The position numbers and the translations under genes were made by a program. From the NCBI GenBank assembly GCA_000146465.1, contig CP001950.1: a stretch of 64,000 nucleotides of DNA; one strand, 5' to 3'. The notes beneath the pieces are model-generated. The model made no database searches and was not told the DNA's origin. It saw only the letters and a list, made by a program, of their open reading frames with translations. This document shows positions 11,001 through 20,086 of the stretch, piece after piece. Position 1 is the stretch's first letter. Each line of letters begins with the position of its first letter.

Positions 11001-11300
11001 TTCTTTATTATTTCGACACTGACCTTCACAAGCCTAATAATCAACGAGCTTCTGATGGTGATACTAACAACCACTCGGATGACGTCCTTGGTGTTTATAT
11101 CTTCTGGGATGTCACTTGCCATCTATGTCGTTTACTTTATCCTTAGAAAAGGTCTTCTAAGATACCAGAAGCCTTTTTATCTCTTTCTGTTGAAGATTGT
11201 GGTTGTAAACGCTCTTGCAATACTGGTCAGTGTAATCCAGAAGCTCTGGACCAAGTATATGAGCCCTCCAACCTACTCAAAACTAGAGGTTTTGGTATGA
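8007..11300 (+). CDS. P4-type ATPase (phospholipid flippase, Neo1/Drs2-like)
   Basis: DKTGTLT phosphorylation site, TGDKIETAI, GDGGNDVSMI, and about 10 TM segments. It contains an acidic, Ser-rich low-complexity insertion of roughly 110 aa. Confidence 0.9.
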   Translation: MTDLMGRFRHISKEQRRRYPPNIIRNQKYKWYTFIFAVLRLQFSHFFNTFLFFVCMTQLKKEYLVSSLVASVGPWAMVLMFSLFKEGVEDYKRYERDKVTNNQLYAKLTSQGFVRVPSSRIEVGDLILLEKNERVPADMVLLKASDVSGNVFVRTDQLDGETDWKLKLSIPRIQSATFDEVRRLSILAEQPNKNIYSFVGKIKIGRFSPEELEEVEEEDGEKERFASWLERFLEFDFGREESEADEMEKPRDVSWVYSSSTQSSEENGSRENSLKTPSEVSENSVSSETAEGLEVGNESNIGSEAGDIDASLRDQEGGENIAEVLNCENMLWMNTVVATCSVLGCVVYTGKDAKAMLNTTQPRNKIGKIELELNGYMKVLGIGCMVLAGVFTYMRGLESRPDIIFIRFLVLFSSVIPISLRITVDWARYCYGRYISRDEKIEGAMMRSNGLPEELGRVSYFLTDKTGTLTKNEMEMKKIHLGTICYTKELNREISKNLAKVLNSRSDGKKVFSRGKKNINARVYDLVQALSVCHNVTPVVSENEVSYQASSPDEVAIVQWTECVGMKLYKRDRSTIVIRDPLNDEQEYRVLYTFPFTSETKRMGIIVRYNEEIIFFLKGADVVMKKIVKGNDWVEEEADNMARDGLRTLVIAKKVLSKKEFETFEEMYNKAWMSLVDRAEAINKAMETIENDMSVLGITGVEDKLQEDVKVTLENLRNAEMKIWMLTGDKIETAISIARSSRIFHRGTSYLVISNASSVGDVKTKLDLLRGSGYNSLVIDGQSLSFVIESCMDEFIEVVSGLESVVGCRYTPTQKAAVARELKRKTKKCVCCIGDGGNDVSMITEANVGIGIVGKEGNQASLAADFSINKFCHVSDLLFWHGRNSYQRTAKIAHLIIHRGLTLTVIQAIFCSLIYFVPVGLFRGELLMMFITVYTFLPIFSIICSSDISRSVVVKFPELYKELVENKLLSFRHFSVWILISFYQGTIMMITFYLLKQEFFIISTLTFTSLIINELLMVILTTTRMTSLVFISSGMSLAIYVVYFILRKGLLRYQKPFYLFLLKIVVVNALAILVSVIQKLWTKYMSPPTYSKLEVLV

Positions 11301-11373
11301 GCTTCTGGCTTATCAATAAATACAGGTAATTAGAAGAAGGCACTTTAAAACTAAGCATTCAAGGAGGGCTGTT

Positions 11374-11919
11374 TTAATCTGTTGAGGAGACTTGTTCCCG
11401 TTCTGTCCCTGTCTTGACAATTTCTCCAAAGAACAGATTCAGGAGGAATCTTGCAATTGAAGTATGATATATCCTGTAGAAAGGATTACATCTGAGATCC
11501 AGCATTCTCAAAGAGCCTATCCCCTCCTTCCTAAGCTTCAAGAGATACCATGGGAAAAACCTTAATCTGTTATTAGATAGATTGAGTACCTTCAGATTCT
11601 TCATATTTTTCATCGAGCGCGGGAGCCTTCTTATCCTATTGTTAGAAGCATCTACCTCTTCAATCCACTCCAGACACCCAAAATCTGAGGGTAATTCCTT
11701 CAGCTTATTATCTGAAAGATCGAGTTTCCTGATCTTCTTGTTCCTTTTCAGGGCCTCCATCATTTCAGGAGATATGAACTCAAGGTCCATATCATGGAGA
11801 TCGCAGATTTTCAAATCTTCTAAGTTTTTAATGATACTTAGTGCTTCGTTCATATTGTCTGAGCACAAGACATGCATCAGAAAAAAAGGCAAAATGCTGA
11901 TCCTGAGTTTAGTATTCAT
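11374..11919 (-). CDS. Small secreted leucine-rich-repeat protein
   Basis: N-terminal hydrophobic signal-like segment (MNTKLRISILPFFLMHVLC) followed by LRRs (LDLSDNKLKELP, VDASNNRIRRLP, LNLSNNRLRFFP). AAATTT+CCC signal upstream. Confidence 0.6.
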   Translation of the reverse strand: MNTKLRISILPFFLMHVLCSDNMNEALSIIKNLEDLKICDLHDMDLEFISPEMMEALKRNKKIRKLDLSDNKLKELPSDFGCLEWIEEVDASNNRIRRLPRSMKNMKNLKVLNLSNNRLRFFPWYLLKLRKEGIGSLRMLDLRCNPFYRIYHTSIARFLLNLFFGEIVKTGTEREQVSSTD

Positions 11920-11981
11920 TAGAAGGGAGAATTTTTGCTTTATTTTAATAAAAATTTAATTCTACTACATAAAAGTCTAAT

Positions 11982-12719
11982 CTACCATCTTCTAACTCTT
12001 GGGTACTCCTCGTCCCTCCTTCCCTTCGTTCGCTTAGAATGGTTGTGGTTTCCTTGTCCATCCAATCTTCTTCTAGACATTCCATAACTTTCATGAGGAT
12101 TTCCGTTTCTTATCGGCCCCTTTCTCAGGTTCTCTCCCGAGGCTTTGGCCCCACCATCAAACCAAGTGCTTTTTGTTCCTTTCTCTCCATACAATAGTCC
12201 CTGGGATTCAAACAATTCCTCTGCAAGATCGGTAGACACTCGGGCAGAGTGTATGAAACCACACTTCTCTCCCTTTTCGCACTTCTCCTTCTCATTGTCT
12301 GTGCACATTCCATCGTCTATCCTGTAGCAGTTTCCAAGTTCTGCAGCTATTCTCCTCCCGCTGTAGTATCTCTTTCCAATTTCTTCAACACATCTTAGTG
12401 CTGTCTTCTCTTCTTCAAACTCAATGTAGATATTTCCTAGGAGCTGGGAAGAGCTGTTGGAAGCAATAACAAGTCTTCGAATGGACCCATATCTTATAGA
12501 CAGCTCGGAAAACCAATCTTCGTAGAAAAGATCAAGATGGATCTGGATGGATTCCTTGCTCAGTGTGGATTCTGGATCATTCTTAGGATACAAGTACATT
12601 CCTTTTACAACAACAACCTTGCCTCTTATAGGAATCCGATGGGCTTTTGTGCACTCAAGACCATATCTGCATGCATTGGTTTTTGAGTAAAAAAGACATG
12701 TGTCTCTCCCTGTAGCCAT
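11982..12719 (-). CDS. U2AF small-subunit-like splicing factor (two C3H zinc fingers flanking a UHM/RRM, basic C-terminal tail)
   Basis: CLFYSKTNACRYGLECTKAH and CEKGEKCGFIH zinc fingers flanking an RRM-like core; RS-like C-terminus. Confidence 0.65.
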   Translation of the reverse strand: MATGRDTCLFYSKTNACRYGLECTKAHRIPIRGKVVVVKGMYLYPKNDPESTLSKESIQIHLDLFYEDWFSELSIRYGSIRRLVIASNSSSQLLGNIYIEFEEEKTALRCVEEIGKRYYSGRRIAAELGNCYRIDDGMCTDNEKEKCEKGEKCGFIHSARVSTDLAEELFESQGLLYGEKGTKSTWFDGGAKASGENLRKGPIRNGNPHESYGMSRRRLDGQGNHNHSKRTKGRRDEEYPRVRRW

Positions 12720-12796
12720 TTGCTCTGGGGACTCTCGGCCGATGAAATTCTGCAGAGATTTGATATAAACTCAAATTTCTTCCCTATAAAGGCATT

Positions 12797-13258
12797 ATGG
12801 AGAGCGAAGTAAAAATTTCCATTACAACCTTGGCAAAGGAAATCTATTCTGGAGTTCTTGGTAGATACGCATCTGGGAAATACGTTATTCTGAAGAATGT
12901 GGTCCGAAGGCATCCGGGATCTACTGATAACAGGAGAGATGTCTTTGTCTATCCAGTCATGAGGTTTAAGATAGAAAATATCGGAGAAATCGGAATCACA
13001 TGGACTCCAAACAGTGGTGGAAAGGAGAATGGGCTTCTGGTTTTGGAAAGCTTGGGGAGTAAGGCTAGAATTCTTGAGGCCGGGGGAGATAAAGGGATAT
13101 GTTCAAGGTCCAGTGGAAGCCCGGAGGGTCTGGAAGGAACCAGAGGCGAAGTGGTGGAAAGGATTCTGGATACGCATAGGAGTCCTAGGATAGAGAGGTT
13201 GTTTAGGAGGCTTGACCTAGACTGTATGCCCAGCAGAGCAACCCGGCAAATAAGATGA
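12797..13258 (+). CDS. Hypothetical protein, 153 aa
   Basis: ATG-initiated ORF in an intergenic-sized slot; no family recognised. Confidence 0.3.
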   Translation: MESEVKISITTLAKEIYSGVLGRYASGKYVILKNVVRRHPGSTDNRRDVFVYPVMRFKIENIGEIGITWTPNSGGKENGLLVLESLGSKARILEAGGDKGICSRSSGSPEGLEGTRGEVVERILDTHRSPRIERLFRRLDLDCMPSRATRQIR

Positions 13259-13398
13259 TTTCGTTTGGTGAATAAACATCTCTGCTGCAGAACATTGGGC
13301 TGACTTCTCCTGGAGAGTCCCTGAGATATACCCTTTTATTATGACAAATCATCTAATTGATAAAGCTAAGTTTAAAGAAACCAAGTCTATGGGTTTCA

Positions 13399-14133
13399 AT
13401 GTCAACAACAAACAGTGATGAAGACCAGAAGAGGATTCTTTACGAGTCTCTTTGCACAGTCGAGGCTGAGAACCTAAGCGAGGCGTGCACCAACGCCATA
13501 GAAGGGAAACGAACAGAGACGGGAAAAAAAGCTCATATCATAAGATTTATTGGAGAGATGTGCTGCTGTGGAGACATGTTTGACACAGATGCATTTATAA
13601 ACGAGTCTGTTTTTTCAGCCATGGCATATATAGAAAAGGACATTTCCGGCGTCAAGGATGTGTTCATCAGTGCCGAGTCGGAGGAAAACTCTAACAACTG
13701 TGCAAAGTTACTTGAACTGAATGAGAAGATAGAGTATTCCTCTGTCCATCCAAAGGATGTTGCAATGGGATTCCGAATTTATACTGAGGAAAACATAAAG
13801 AACGTAATCCCGCACAATGTTCGAAAAAAGGTTATTGAAGCGTACAGGAACAATGATGAGGAAAAGAAGAAAACAATAATCCCTCGAATCCCGTTTGTGA
13901 TAGGAGATTCGAAGAGGATGTTTCTTAAGTCTCTGAAAAGCATTTTCCTTGCGATCGAGGCAAACAATAAGGACGAGGGAGCTAATGTGGAGAAGATATA
14001 CAGGATATTTGGGTCCCTTATTATAAGAAGGCCTGATGGGATGCTTGACACAGATGGAGAAACATTGAAGATGATACTGATGGACTTGATGAAAGCCGAT
14101 TTTGATGAATTCCCTGTTTCATTCTACTCATGA
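13399..14133 (+). CDS. Hypothetical protein (ORF-track start is TTG; first ATG at 13399)
   Basis: Long ORF with no overlap; no recognisable motif. Confidence 0.35.
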   Translation: MSTTNSDEDQKRILYESLCTVEAENLSEACTNAIEGKRTETGKKAHIIRFIGEMCCCGDMFDTDAFINESVFSAMAYIEKDISGVKDVFISAESEENSNNCAKLLELNEKIEYSSVHPKDVAMGFRIYTEENIKNVIPHNVRKKVIEAYRNNDEEKKKTIIPRIPFVIGDSKRMFLKSLKSIFLAIEANNKDEGANVEKIYRIFGSLIIRRPDGMLDTDGETLKMILMDLMKADFDEFPVSFYS

Positions 14134-14201
14134 AGGGCTGTCACCTTAGGATGTTTGAACTTTATAATAAATCAGCTTCTATGTCTGAAAATGCAAAAGG
14201 A

Positions 14202-14274
14202 CGTTCCGGGTGGGACTCGAACCCACGACCTCAGCTTTAGGAGAGCCGCGCTCTACCAACTGAGCTACAGGAAC
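14202..14274 (-). tRNA. tRNA-Arg, anticodon CCU
   Basis: The reverse complement folds as a canonical cloverleaf. Acceptor GTTCCTG/CCGGAAC (one G-U pair), D-arm GCTC-AGTTGGTA-GAGC, anticodon arm CGGCT-CTCCTAA-AGCTG, variable loop AGGTC, T-arm GTGGG-TTCGAGT-CCCAC, discriminator G. The ORF track translates it as GGTRTHDL. Confidence 0.85.
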
Positions 14275-14364
14275 TGTACCATGGCAGGGGAGGTTCCATC
14301 ACGCCGACTCTGCCTGGACGGGGATTCTAAAGGATACATTGTGCCACCAAACACTATCCCCAGG

Positions 14365-15645
14365 ATGGCAAAGAACAGTAACATAGCAATCCATAGTCAT
14401 GTAAAGTCCCTGGGCCTAGACAATCTTGGGAGGCCTCTGGACGTGCCGGATGCGGTGGTTGGACAGGAAGATGCACGAGAAGCTGCAGGTCTCATAGTAG
14501 AAATGGTTAGGACAAAGAAGATGTCTGGTAGAGCAGTACTTATATCCGGGCCTGCAGGGTGTGGGAAAACTGCTCTTGCTGTTGGAATCAGCGAGGAGCT
14601 AGGCCCTGGAACTCCATTTACCTCGATGAGTGGTAGCGAGATATACTCCAGCGAAGTGAAGAAGACCGAGGTCCTTGAAGAGGCTCTGAGAAGATCAATT
14701 CTTGTGCGGATGAGAGAATTGAAGGATGTTTATGAGGGAGAGATAGTTGATCTTCGGATTGTGGATGAGGAAAATCCATTGAGTACTCATGGTAGAAGAG
14801 TTAAGGAGATATTTGTTACTTTAAAGACAAGCAAGGAGTCAAAGAAACTTAAGCTTGCACCATCTCTCTATGAGCAGATAGATAAGCAAAGGATAGTCAA
14901 TGGGGATGTTGTTTACATCGAAGTCAATTCAGGAGTTATCAAGAAGTTAGGGAGGAGCGAGGCTCACATGAATGACTTTGATCTTGAAGCCGAAGCTTAT
15001 GTCCCTATTCCAAAGGGAGAAGTTCTGAAGAGAAAAGAGGTGGTACAATCTGTAACGCTTCACGACTTGGATATGGCAAATGCCCGGCCTTCTGGACAAG
15101 ACATGCTTTCGCTTGTTTTCCGGATACTGAGTCCCAAGAAGACAGAAATAACAGAAAGACTAAGAAGCGATGTCAACAAGATGGTGAACGAATATCTTGA
15201 GAAGGGGAATGCCGAGATTGTTCCTGGAGTTCTCTTTATTGACGAGGTCCATATGCTTGACATTGAATGCTTCACCTTCCTCCACAAGGTCATCGAGTCT
15301 CCGCTCAGCCCAACAATAGTATTTGCCTCTAACAGAGGAATGGCTCCAATTAAAGGAAGTGGAGGGCTCCTCGGGCCCTTTGGAATTACCAAGGACTTGC
15401 TTGATAGAGTTGTGATTATCAGTGTAAAGAGCAACTCAAGCGAGTCAAACAGAAAGATTATCGAGATGAGGTTGAAGGAAGAAGGGCTTGAGATGGATGA
15501 CGACGGACTTGTGTTTCTTGCAAGCTTGAGCTCTTCAAGGGGGCTGAGATATTGCATAAGTCTTATTCCTCTGCTGAAAACATACGGAAGGAGTGTTGGA
15601 GTTAGGGATGTGGAGGAGGTGAGTGAATTGTTCCATGACGGTTAA
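14365..15645 (+). CDS. RVB1: RuvB-like 1 (Rvb1/TIP49a) AAA+ helicase
   Basis: HSHVKSLGLD, KKMSGRAVLISGPAGCGKTALA (Walker A), SEIYSSEVKKTEVLEEALRRSI closely match Rvb1. The start is chosen at the ATG with CCCC upstream; the alternative ATG at 14281 lies only 6 nt from the tRNA. Confidence 0.8.
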   Translation: MAKNSNIAIHSHVKSLGLDNLGRPLDVPDAVVGQEDAREAAGLIVEMVRTKKMSGRAVLISGPAGCGKTALAVGISEELGPGTPFTSMSGSEIYSSEVKKTEVLEEALRRSILVRMRELKDVYEGEIVDLRIVDEENPLSTHGRRVKEIFVTLKTSKESKKLKLAPSLYEQIDKQRIVNGDVVYIEVNSGVIKKLGRSEAHMNDFDLEAEAYVPIPKGEVLKRKEVVQSVTLHDLDMANARPSGQDMLSLVFRILSPKKTEITERLRSDVNKMVNEYLEKGNAEIVPGVLFIDEVHMLDIECFTFLHKVIESPLSPTIVFASNRGMAPIKGSGGLLGPFGITKDLLDRVVIISVKSNSSESNRKIIEMRLKEEGLEMDDDGLVFLASLSSSRGLRYCISLIPLLKTYGRSVGVRDVEEVSELFHDG

Positions 15646-15686
15646 CTTTTGGCGATTAAATAGTTTAATTATCCCCCCTGTTTAGG

Positions 15687-16955
15687 ATGATTCTGTGCTG
15701 TAAATGTGGAATACTTATCGAGCCGAGACTGATGAACATGTGTGACAGATGTCTTGTAACTGAAGTCACAATATCTTCCAAGGTAAAGAGAAATCTTGTT
15801 GTGGAACGCTGCAGAGGCTGCGAGCGGTATCTTCAGCCTCCAAAGAGTTGGGAGGGATTTTCTTGGGGATCGAAGGAGCTTCTTCTTTTTTTGATAAAGA
15901 AGAACAAAACACTCAACGGTCTCTGCATTGTGGACTCGAATTTTGTGTACACAGAACCGAATTCCAAAAGGATTGTGGTGGCACTCACAGTGTCGGAGTG
16001 TGGAGTGGAACAGCCTTTGGAGATCAAGTATGTGATTAAGAACATGCAGTGTTCGGATTGTGCAAAGGTGGAGGCAAAGCAGTTCTGGAACAGCCTGGTG
16101 CAAGTCCGGCACAGAGGAAGACACAAAAGGATGATGATATATCTAGAGCATCTTGTTCTGAAGAATAATGCATATGGAGATACCAGCAATATAAAACAAA
16201 GAAAAGAAGGACTGGACTTCTATTATATCGATCGAAATGCAGCGTCCAGAATGGTAAGTTTTCTGCAAAGTGTTCTTCCAGTCAAGACCAAGGTATCTGA
16301 AAGGCTGATAAGCAAGGATGTTCATACCAGTAAATGCAACTACAAGTTCAGCTATTCTGTTGAGATTGCACCTCTATGCAAAGATGATTTGGTTGTTGTT
16401 GGGAGAAGCCTTTCGCAGAGTCTTGGGATTGGGAGTCTAGTTCTTGTCCAAAAGATAGCCACAAGCATTGTCCTTTTTGATGTGGGATTGATGAAGAGTG
16501 TTAGGATTGCAGGGTCGTTTTACTGGAGTAACCAAGATGAATTCAAAGTGCTGATGAGTTCGAAAGACTTCACTAAATATTCTGTTGTGATGAGGGATGA
16601 AAGAAGAAGGAAAGGAGGAATAGGATACGACCTCACTGTGACATCCGATGGAAGTGTGTTTTCCGAGGCCAGATTTCATCTTGGGAATGTAGAGGAGGAT
16701 GATGAGATTCTGGGGTATGATCTTCGGCATTTGAACTTAACTGTGGAGTGTGAAGAGAAACCCGAAGTTGTTCTTGTGAGGAAGATGCCCCGAGACGATG
16801 TTGTATGGAAAATAGATGTTCCACAAGAAAGCCAAATGGAGTACAGGTTGTTTGTAGAGGATGTGGAGAATGACAAAGAGATGGTTGAAGGCCTTTGTTT
16901 GGTTGAAGAGAAAGGGGGAATAGACAAAAAAATAGAGGCATTCCGAGTTAGCTGA
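15687..16955 (+). CDS. NMD3: NMD3, 60S subunit nuclear export adaptor
   Basis: N-terminal Cys clusters ILCCKCGILIEP...MCDRCL...CRGCERYLQPPKSW characteristic of Nmd3. Confidence 0.85.
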   Translation: MILCCKCGILIEPRLMNMCDRCLVTEVTISSKVKRNLVVERCRGCERYLQPPKSWEGFSWGSKELLLFLIKKNKTLNGLCIVDSNFVYTEPNSKRIVVALTVSECGVEQPLEIKYVIKNMQCSDCAKVEAKQFWNSLVQVRHRGRHKRMMIYLEHLVLKNNAYGDTSNIKQRKEGLDFYYIDRNAASRMVSFLQSVLPVKTKVSERLISKDVHTSKCNYKFSYSVEIAPLCKDDLVVVGRSLSQSLGIGSLVLVQKIATSIVLFDVGLMKSVRIAGSFYWSNQDEFKVLMSSKDFTKYSVVMRDERRRKGGIGYDLTVTSDGSVFSEARFHLGNVEEDDEILGYDLRHLNLTVECEEKPEVVLVRKMPRDDVVWKIDVPQESQMEYRLFVEDVENDKEMVEGLCLVEEKGGIDKKIEAFRVS

Positions 16956-16996
16956 GGATCTATGGGCAAATTGGCCATGCCGAATTGGGATATATA

Positions 16997-17317
16997 ATGG
17001 ATACTTCCAAAGGCCTTGAAATGAAAGGAGGAGAACTAGAAAAAGCCTTGGACAAAAATGAAAACCTAATAGTTTCGAAGGAGGGATGTCCATTCTGCCT
17101 AGATGCAGTAGAGATATTAAATGAATGGAAGATAAAGTTTGATGAGGTGAGAAACATAGAGAATGAAGAACTCTCGAAGGAGATAGAAAGGAGGTATGGG
17201 ATCTCCACATTCCCGAAGATTTTCCTTAAGAGACGATTTGTTGGGGGAGCAAGCGACTTGAGGAAGTATGTAACAAAAAAAGAGTTTGTTGATGCCTTTG
17301 GTTCTGAAAGAAAATAA
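16997..17317 (+). CDS. Glutaredoxin
   Basis: CPFC active site and TFPKIFLKRRFVGGASDL C-terminal motif. Confidence 0.7.
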   Translation: MDTSKGLEMKGGELEKALDKNENLIVSKEGCPFCLDAVEILNEWKIKFDEVRNIENEELSKEIERRYGISTFPKIFLKRRFVGGASDLRKYVTKKEFVDAFGSERK

Positions 17318-17379
17318 AATTTGCATTGGTCTTATTTTTGGTGTTCCAAGGAAAAAAGGAAAATTCGTATAGCCCTGAA

Positions 17380-17865
17380 ATGGAAAATTTAAGATTTGAG
17401 GAGACACCCACCAGTCCAAAGGACATAAGACCTGGAAACTATATTAAGGTTGAGGTTAATGGACAGATGAGGTCTGCACAGGTTGTTGATACCTCTTCTG
17501 TAAAGAACGGCAAGCATGGAGCGGCAAAGACAACGATTGCATCAAAGATCCTCTGCACGGGATCGAACCACAAGGGCATATATACTGCAAACGATTCCAT
17601 CATTGTGTGCAGGCCTGAGAAGGTCCAGCTCAAGTTAATTGATATTAGCGGATCGACAATAACGTTTTCCGATAGTAACGGGTCATTTGACTCTGTCGAC
17701 GTTTCTGGGAAGATGAGCTCTGAGGATATCAGCAAGATTGCTCAAAGTGTTGAGGGGTCTAGCAGCGAGAGCTTTGATCTTTCCCTTCGAGTGCTTCCAG
17801 ACTTCTACAAGCTAGAATCGATCAGGAAATCAGGAGGACCGTCTGGCTCTACTGCAGGAGGATGA
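17380..17865 (+). CDS. Translation factor eIF-5A
   Basis: Hypusination loop VKNGKHGAAKT; overall eIF5A length of 161 aa. The start was moved from TTG to the ATG at 17380. Confidence 0.85.
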   Translation: MENLRFEETPTSPKDIRPGNYIKVEVNGQMRSAQVVDTSSVKNGKHGAAKTTIASKILCTGSNHKGIYTANDSIIVCRPEKVQLKLIDISGSTITFSDSNGSFDSVDVSGKMSSEDISKIAQSVEGSSSESFDLSLRVLPDFYKLESIRKSGGPSGSTAGG

Positions 17866-17976
17866 ATTTCCAGGAGGCGGGATTTGGATAATGTTCTGCC
17901 CAAATACTTTCAATAAAACCTTTTCTGGATGGATTTTTAGCTCCAATGATTTATCTTTTTCTCTGTATCCCTGAGA

Positions 17977-20061
17977 ATGAACCAAGTCAGTGAGTTGCGG
18001 AAGTTTGAGACATCTATAAATTACCAGTTGGACAAAGATAGACTGAGTAAGTTTTTGCTCTTCCATGAGGAGGATGGAGAATTAACCTATGTCAATCGGA
18101 TCCGAGAGTCTGAGGGGTGTGTTGAGATTGACACTGAGGACATAGCAGTATACGATGACAGTGGACTTGTGAGTAGAATTGAGGGGAATGCAATGTCTTA
18201 TATGAACCTGTTGTACACGGTGATAGACGAGATTTTGCTTGAGAATGGAGAAGCTTTTGGTGGAGAAGAGCCGGAAGATGTCTTTTTCCACCACAGAGTT
18301 TCAAGGCTTAAGGAGAGATTTCCTGAGAAGAATGTGATGGATGTGTTTCCTCCGTTTCTATTGAGAAGATACTCTTTGGTGTTGAAGCCGCGGAGAAATT
18401 CCAGGGTGTACTCTGTCCGGGGGCTGAAGTCGATGCATATTGGATCTCTAGTGAGGGTAAGCGGGGTTGTCACCAAGGCTAGCCAGGTGAAGCCAAGTAT
18501 CCGAGTTGCAACATACATCTGTGAGAACTGTGGTGCAGAAACGTACCAGCAGGTGGAGGGAGATGTGTTTGATCTATTAGAAGAATGTGGAAGTGAAAAA
18601 TGCAGGATTAGGAATGTTCGGGGAACTTTGGTTCTTGTTACAAGAGGGTCGAAGTTTATTAAGCATCAAACGGTATACATCCAAGAGCTTACGGGGGACA
18701 TTCCACGGGGATGTATTCCAAGAACCTTGGTAATGGAGTGTTACTCTTCTCTTGCCGAAAAGTGCAGGCCTGGAGATGTGGTGGTGGCTGGGGGAGTCTT
18801 TATGCCCAAGCCATATCATGGAATAAAGAAGTTGAAGGCTGGGTTACTTGCAGATACTTATCTCCATGCAACTAGTATTGAGAGGGTTGGGACAAGTGCT
18901 CCGAAGCTCAGTGGAAAAGTGAAAAAGTATCCTGTGGAGCAGATGGTAAGATCTATAGCGCCGGAGATCTTCGGGATGGAGGATATAAAAAAGATCTTAC
19001 TTCTGATGCTTGTAGGAGCACCTGGAAAAGTTCGTTCTGATGGAATGAGAATAAGAGGAGACATCAACGTATTACTTGTGGGAGATCCCGGAATTGCAAA
19101 AAGTCAGCTCTTGAAAACATGTGTGAAGATAAGCAGAAGGGGAGTGTACACAACAGGGAAGGGATCAAGTGGAGTTGGTCTTACGGCAAGTGTCACTAAG
19201 GACCAGATTACTGGAGAGATGGTTCTTGAAGGAGGAGCTCTAGTACTTGCAGATGGAGGGATATGCTGTATTGATGAGCTGGACAAGATGAACGAGGTGG
19301 ATAGAATCAGCATCCATGAGGTTATGGAACAACAGAGTGTATCGATCAGTAAGGCAGGAATCAACACAAGCTTAAATGCGAGATGCTGTGTCCTTGGGGC
19401 AGCCAACCCTGTAAGAGGAAAATACGATATAAGGCAGAGCGTTGAATATAACATTGGTCTTCCATGTGCTCTTCTTTCCAGATTTGATGTAGTTGCCATC
19501 CTCCGAGACGAACCTGATTTGGAAAGAGATGAAAGCCTTGCCAACCATATCACATCTCTCCATCTGGAAGAGGAAACCGAGTCTATTTCTTACGATGAAA
19601 TCCGGCAAGTTATTGACGAGGCCAAGAGAATAGACCCTGTCCTTCCACTCCACCTTTCGAACAGGCTAACAGATGCATATGTGAAGGCCAGGAAGGAAAG
19701 TCCTTATGTGACACCCAGATATCTCTTGTCATTGATAAGATTAAGCTTGGCACACTGCAGACTCCGTCTTTCAACGGAAGTGGAGGAAGATGATATTAAT
19801 GAAGCATTAAGACTTATGGAAGTAACAAAAATTCCTATTCCAAAGAAAAAGAGAGAAGAGGTTTCCAGTAAGAGGGAGATATACAATCTTATTCTCTCTC
19901 TTGCCATTGAAGAAGGAAACAAAAGATATGTAAAGCTAGCACGTCTTTGGGAGGCTACCAAGAACAAGTACAGTACTAGCGAAGTCGAAGATGTTATTTC
20001 TGATTTTGCCTCGTGTGGAATTTGGATAAGAAATAACGAAGAGCTAGTTATTTTCAATTAA
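17977..20061 (+). CDS. MCM7: MCM7 replicative helicase subunit
   Basis: Zinc finger CENCGAETYQ...ECGSEKC plus RGSKFIKHQ (matches the MCM7 N-terminal signature), Walker A GDPGIAKSQLLK, IDELDKM, SRFD arginine finger. Confidence 0.9.
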   Translation: MNQVSELRKFETSINYQLDKDRLSKFLLFHEEDGELTYVNRIRESEGCVEIDTEDIAVYDDSGLVSRIEGNAMSYMNLLYTVIDEILLENGEAFGGEEPEDVFFHHRVSRLKERFPEKNVMDVFPPFLLRRYSLVLKPRRNSRVYSVRGLKSMHIGSLVRVSGVVTKASQVKPSIRVATYICENCGAETYQQVEGDVFDLLEECGSEKCRIRNVRGTLVLVTRGSKFIKHQTVYIQELTGDIPRGCIPRTLVMECYSSLAEKCRPGDVVVAGGVFMPKPYHGIKKLKAGLLADTYLHATSIERVGTSAPKLSGKVKKYPVEQMVRSIAPEIFGMEDIKKILLLMLVGAPGKVRSDGMRIRGDINVLLVGDPGIAKSQLLKTCVKISRRGVYTTGKGSSGVGLTASVTKDQITGEMVLEGGALVLADGGICCIDELDKMNEVDRISIHEVMEQQSVSISKAGINTSLNARCCVLGAANPVRGKYDIRQSVEYNIGLPCALLSRFDVVAILRDEPDLERDESLANHITSLHLEEETESISYDEIRQVIDEAKRIDPVLPLHLSNRLTDAYVKARKESPYVTPRYLLSLIRLSLAHCRLRLSTEVEEDDINEALRLMEVTKIPIPKKKREEVSSKREIYNLILSLAIEEGNKRYVKLARLWEATKNKYSTSEVEDVISDFASCGIWIRNNEELVIFN

Positions 20062-20086
20062 AGGATGCCATGAAAAGAAATAGTTT

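Noticed and set aside
14155-14364. N-terminal extension of the RuvBL1 ORF proposed by the ORF track (MNFIINQLLCLKMQKDVPGGTRTHDL...)
   Set aside because: This stretch is the reverse complement of the tRNA-Arg gene read as protein. It begins with a non-ATG codon, and the RuvBL1 homology starts only after 14365.
16253-16282. Intron-like GTAAGT...TTCCAG element inside the NMD3 ORF
   Set aside because: It is 28 nt long (not a multiple of 3), and the unspliced frame encodes conserved NMD3 sequence continuously, so splicing would destroy the frame. Other isolated GTAAGT hexamers (8844, 41054, 46572) lie in continuous ORFs for the same reason.
17555-17580. tRNA T-loop-like GGTTCGATCCC (on the reverse complement) inside eIF5A
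   Set aside because: It lies within a well-supported coding region (LCTGSNHKG of eIF5A), and no acceptor or anticodon arms can be built around it. I judged it a chance match.
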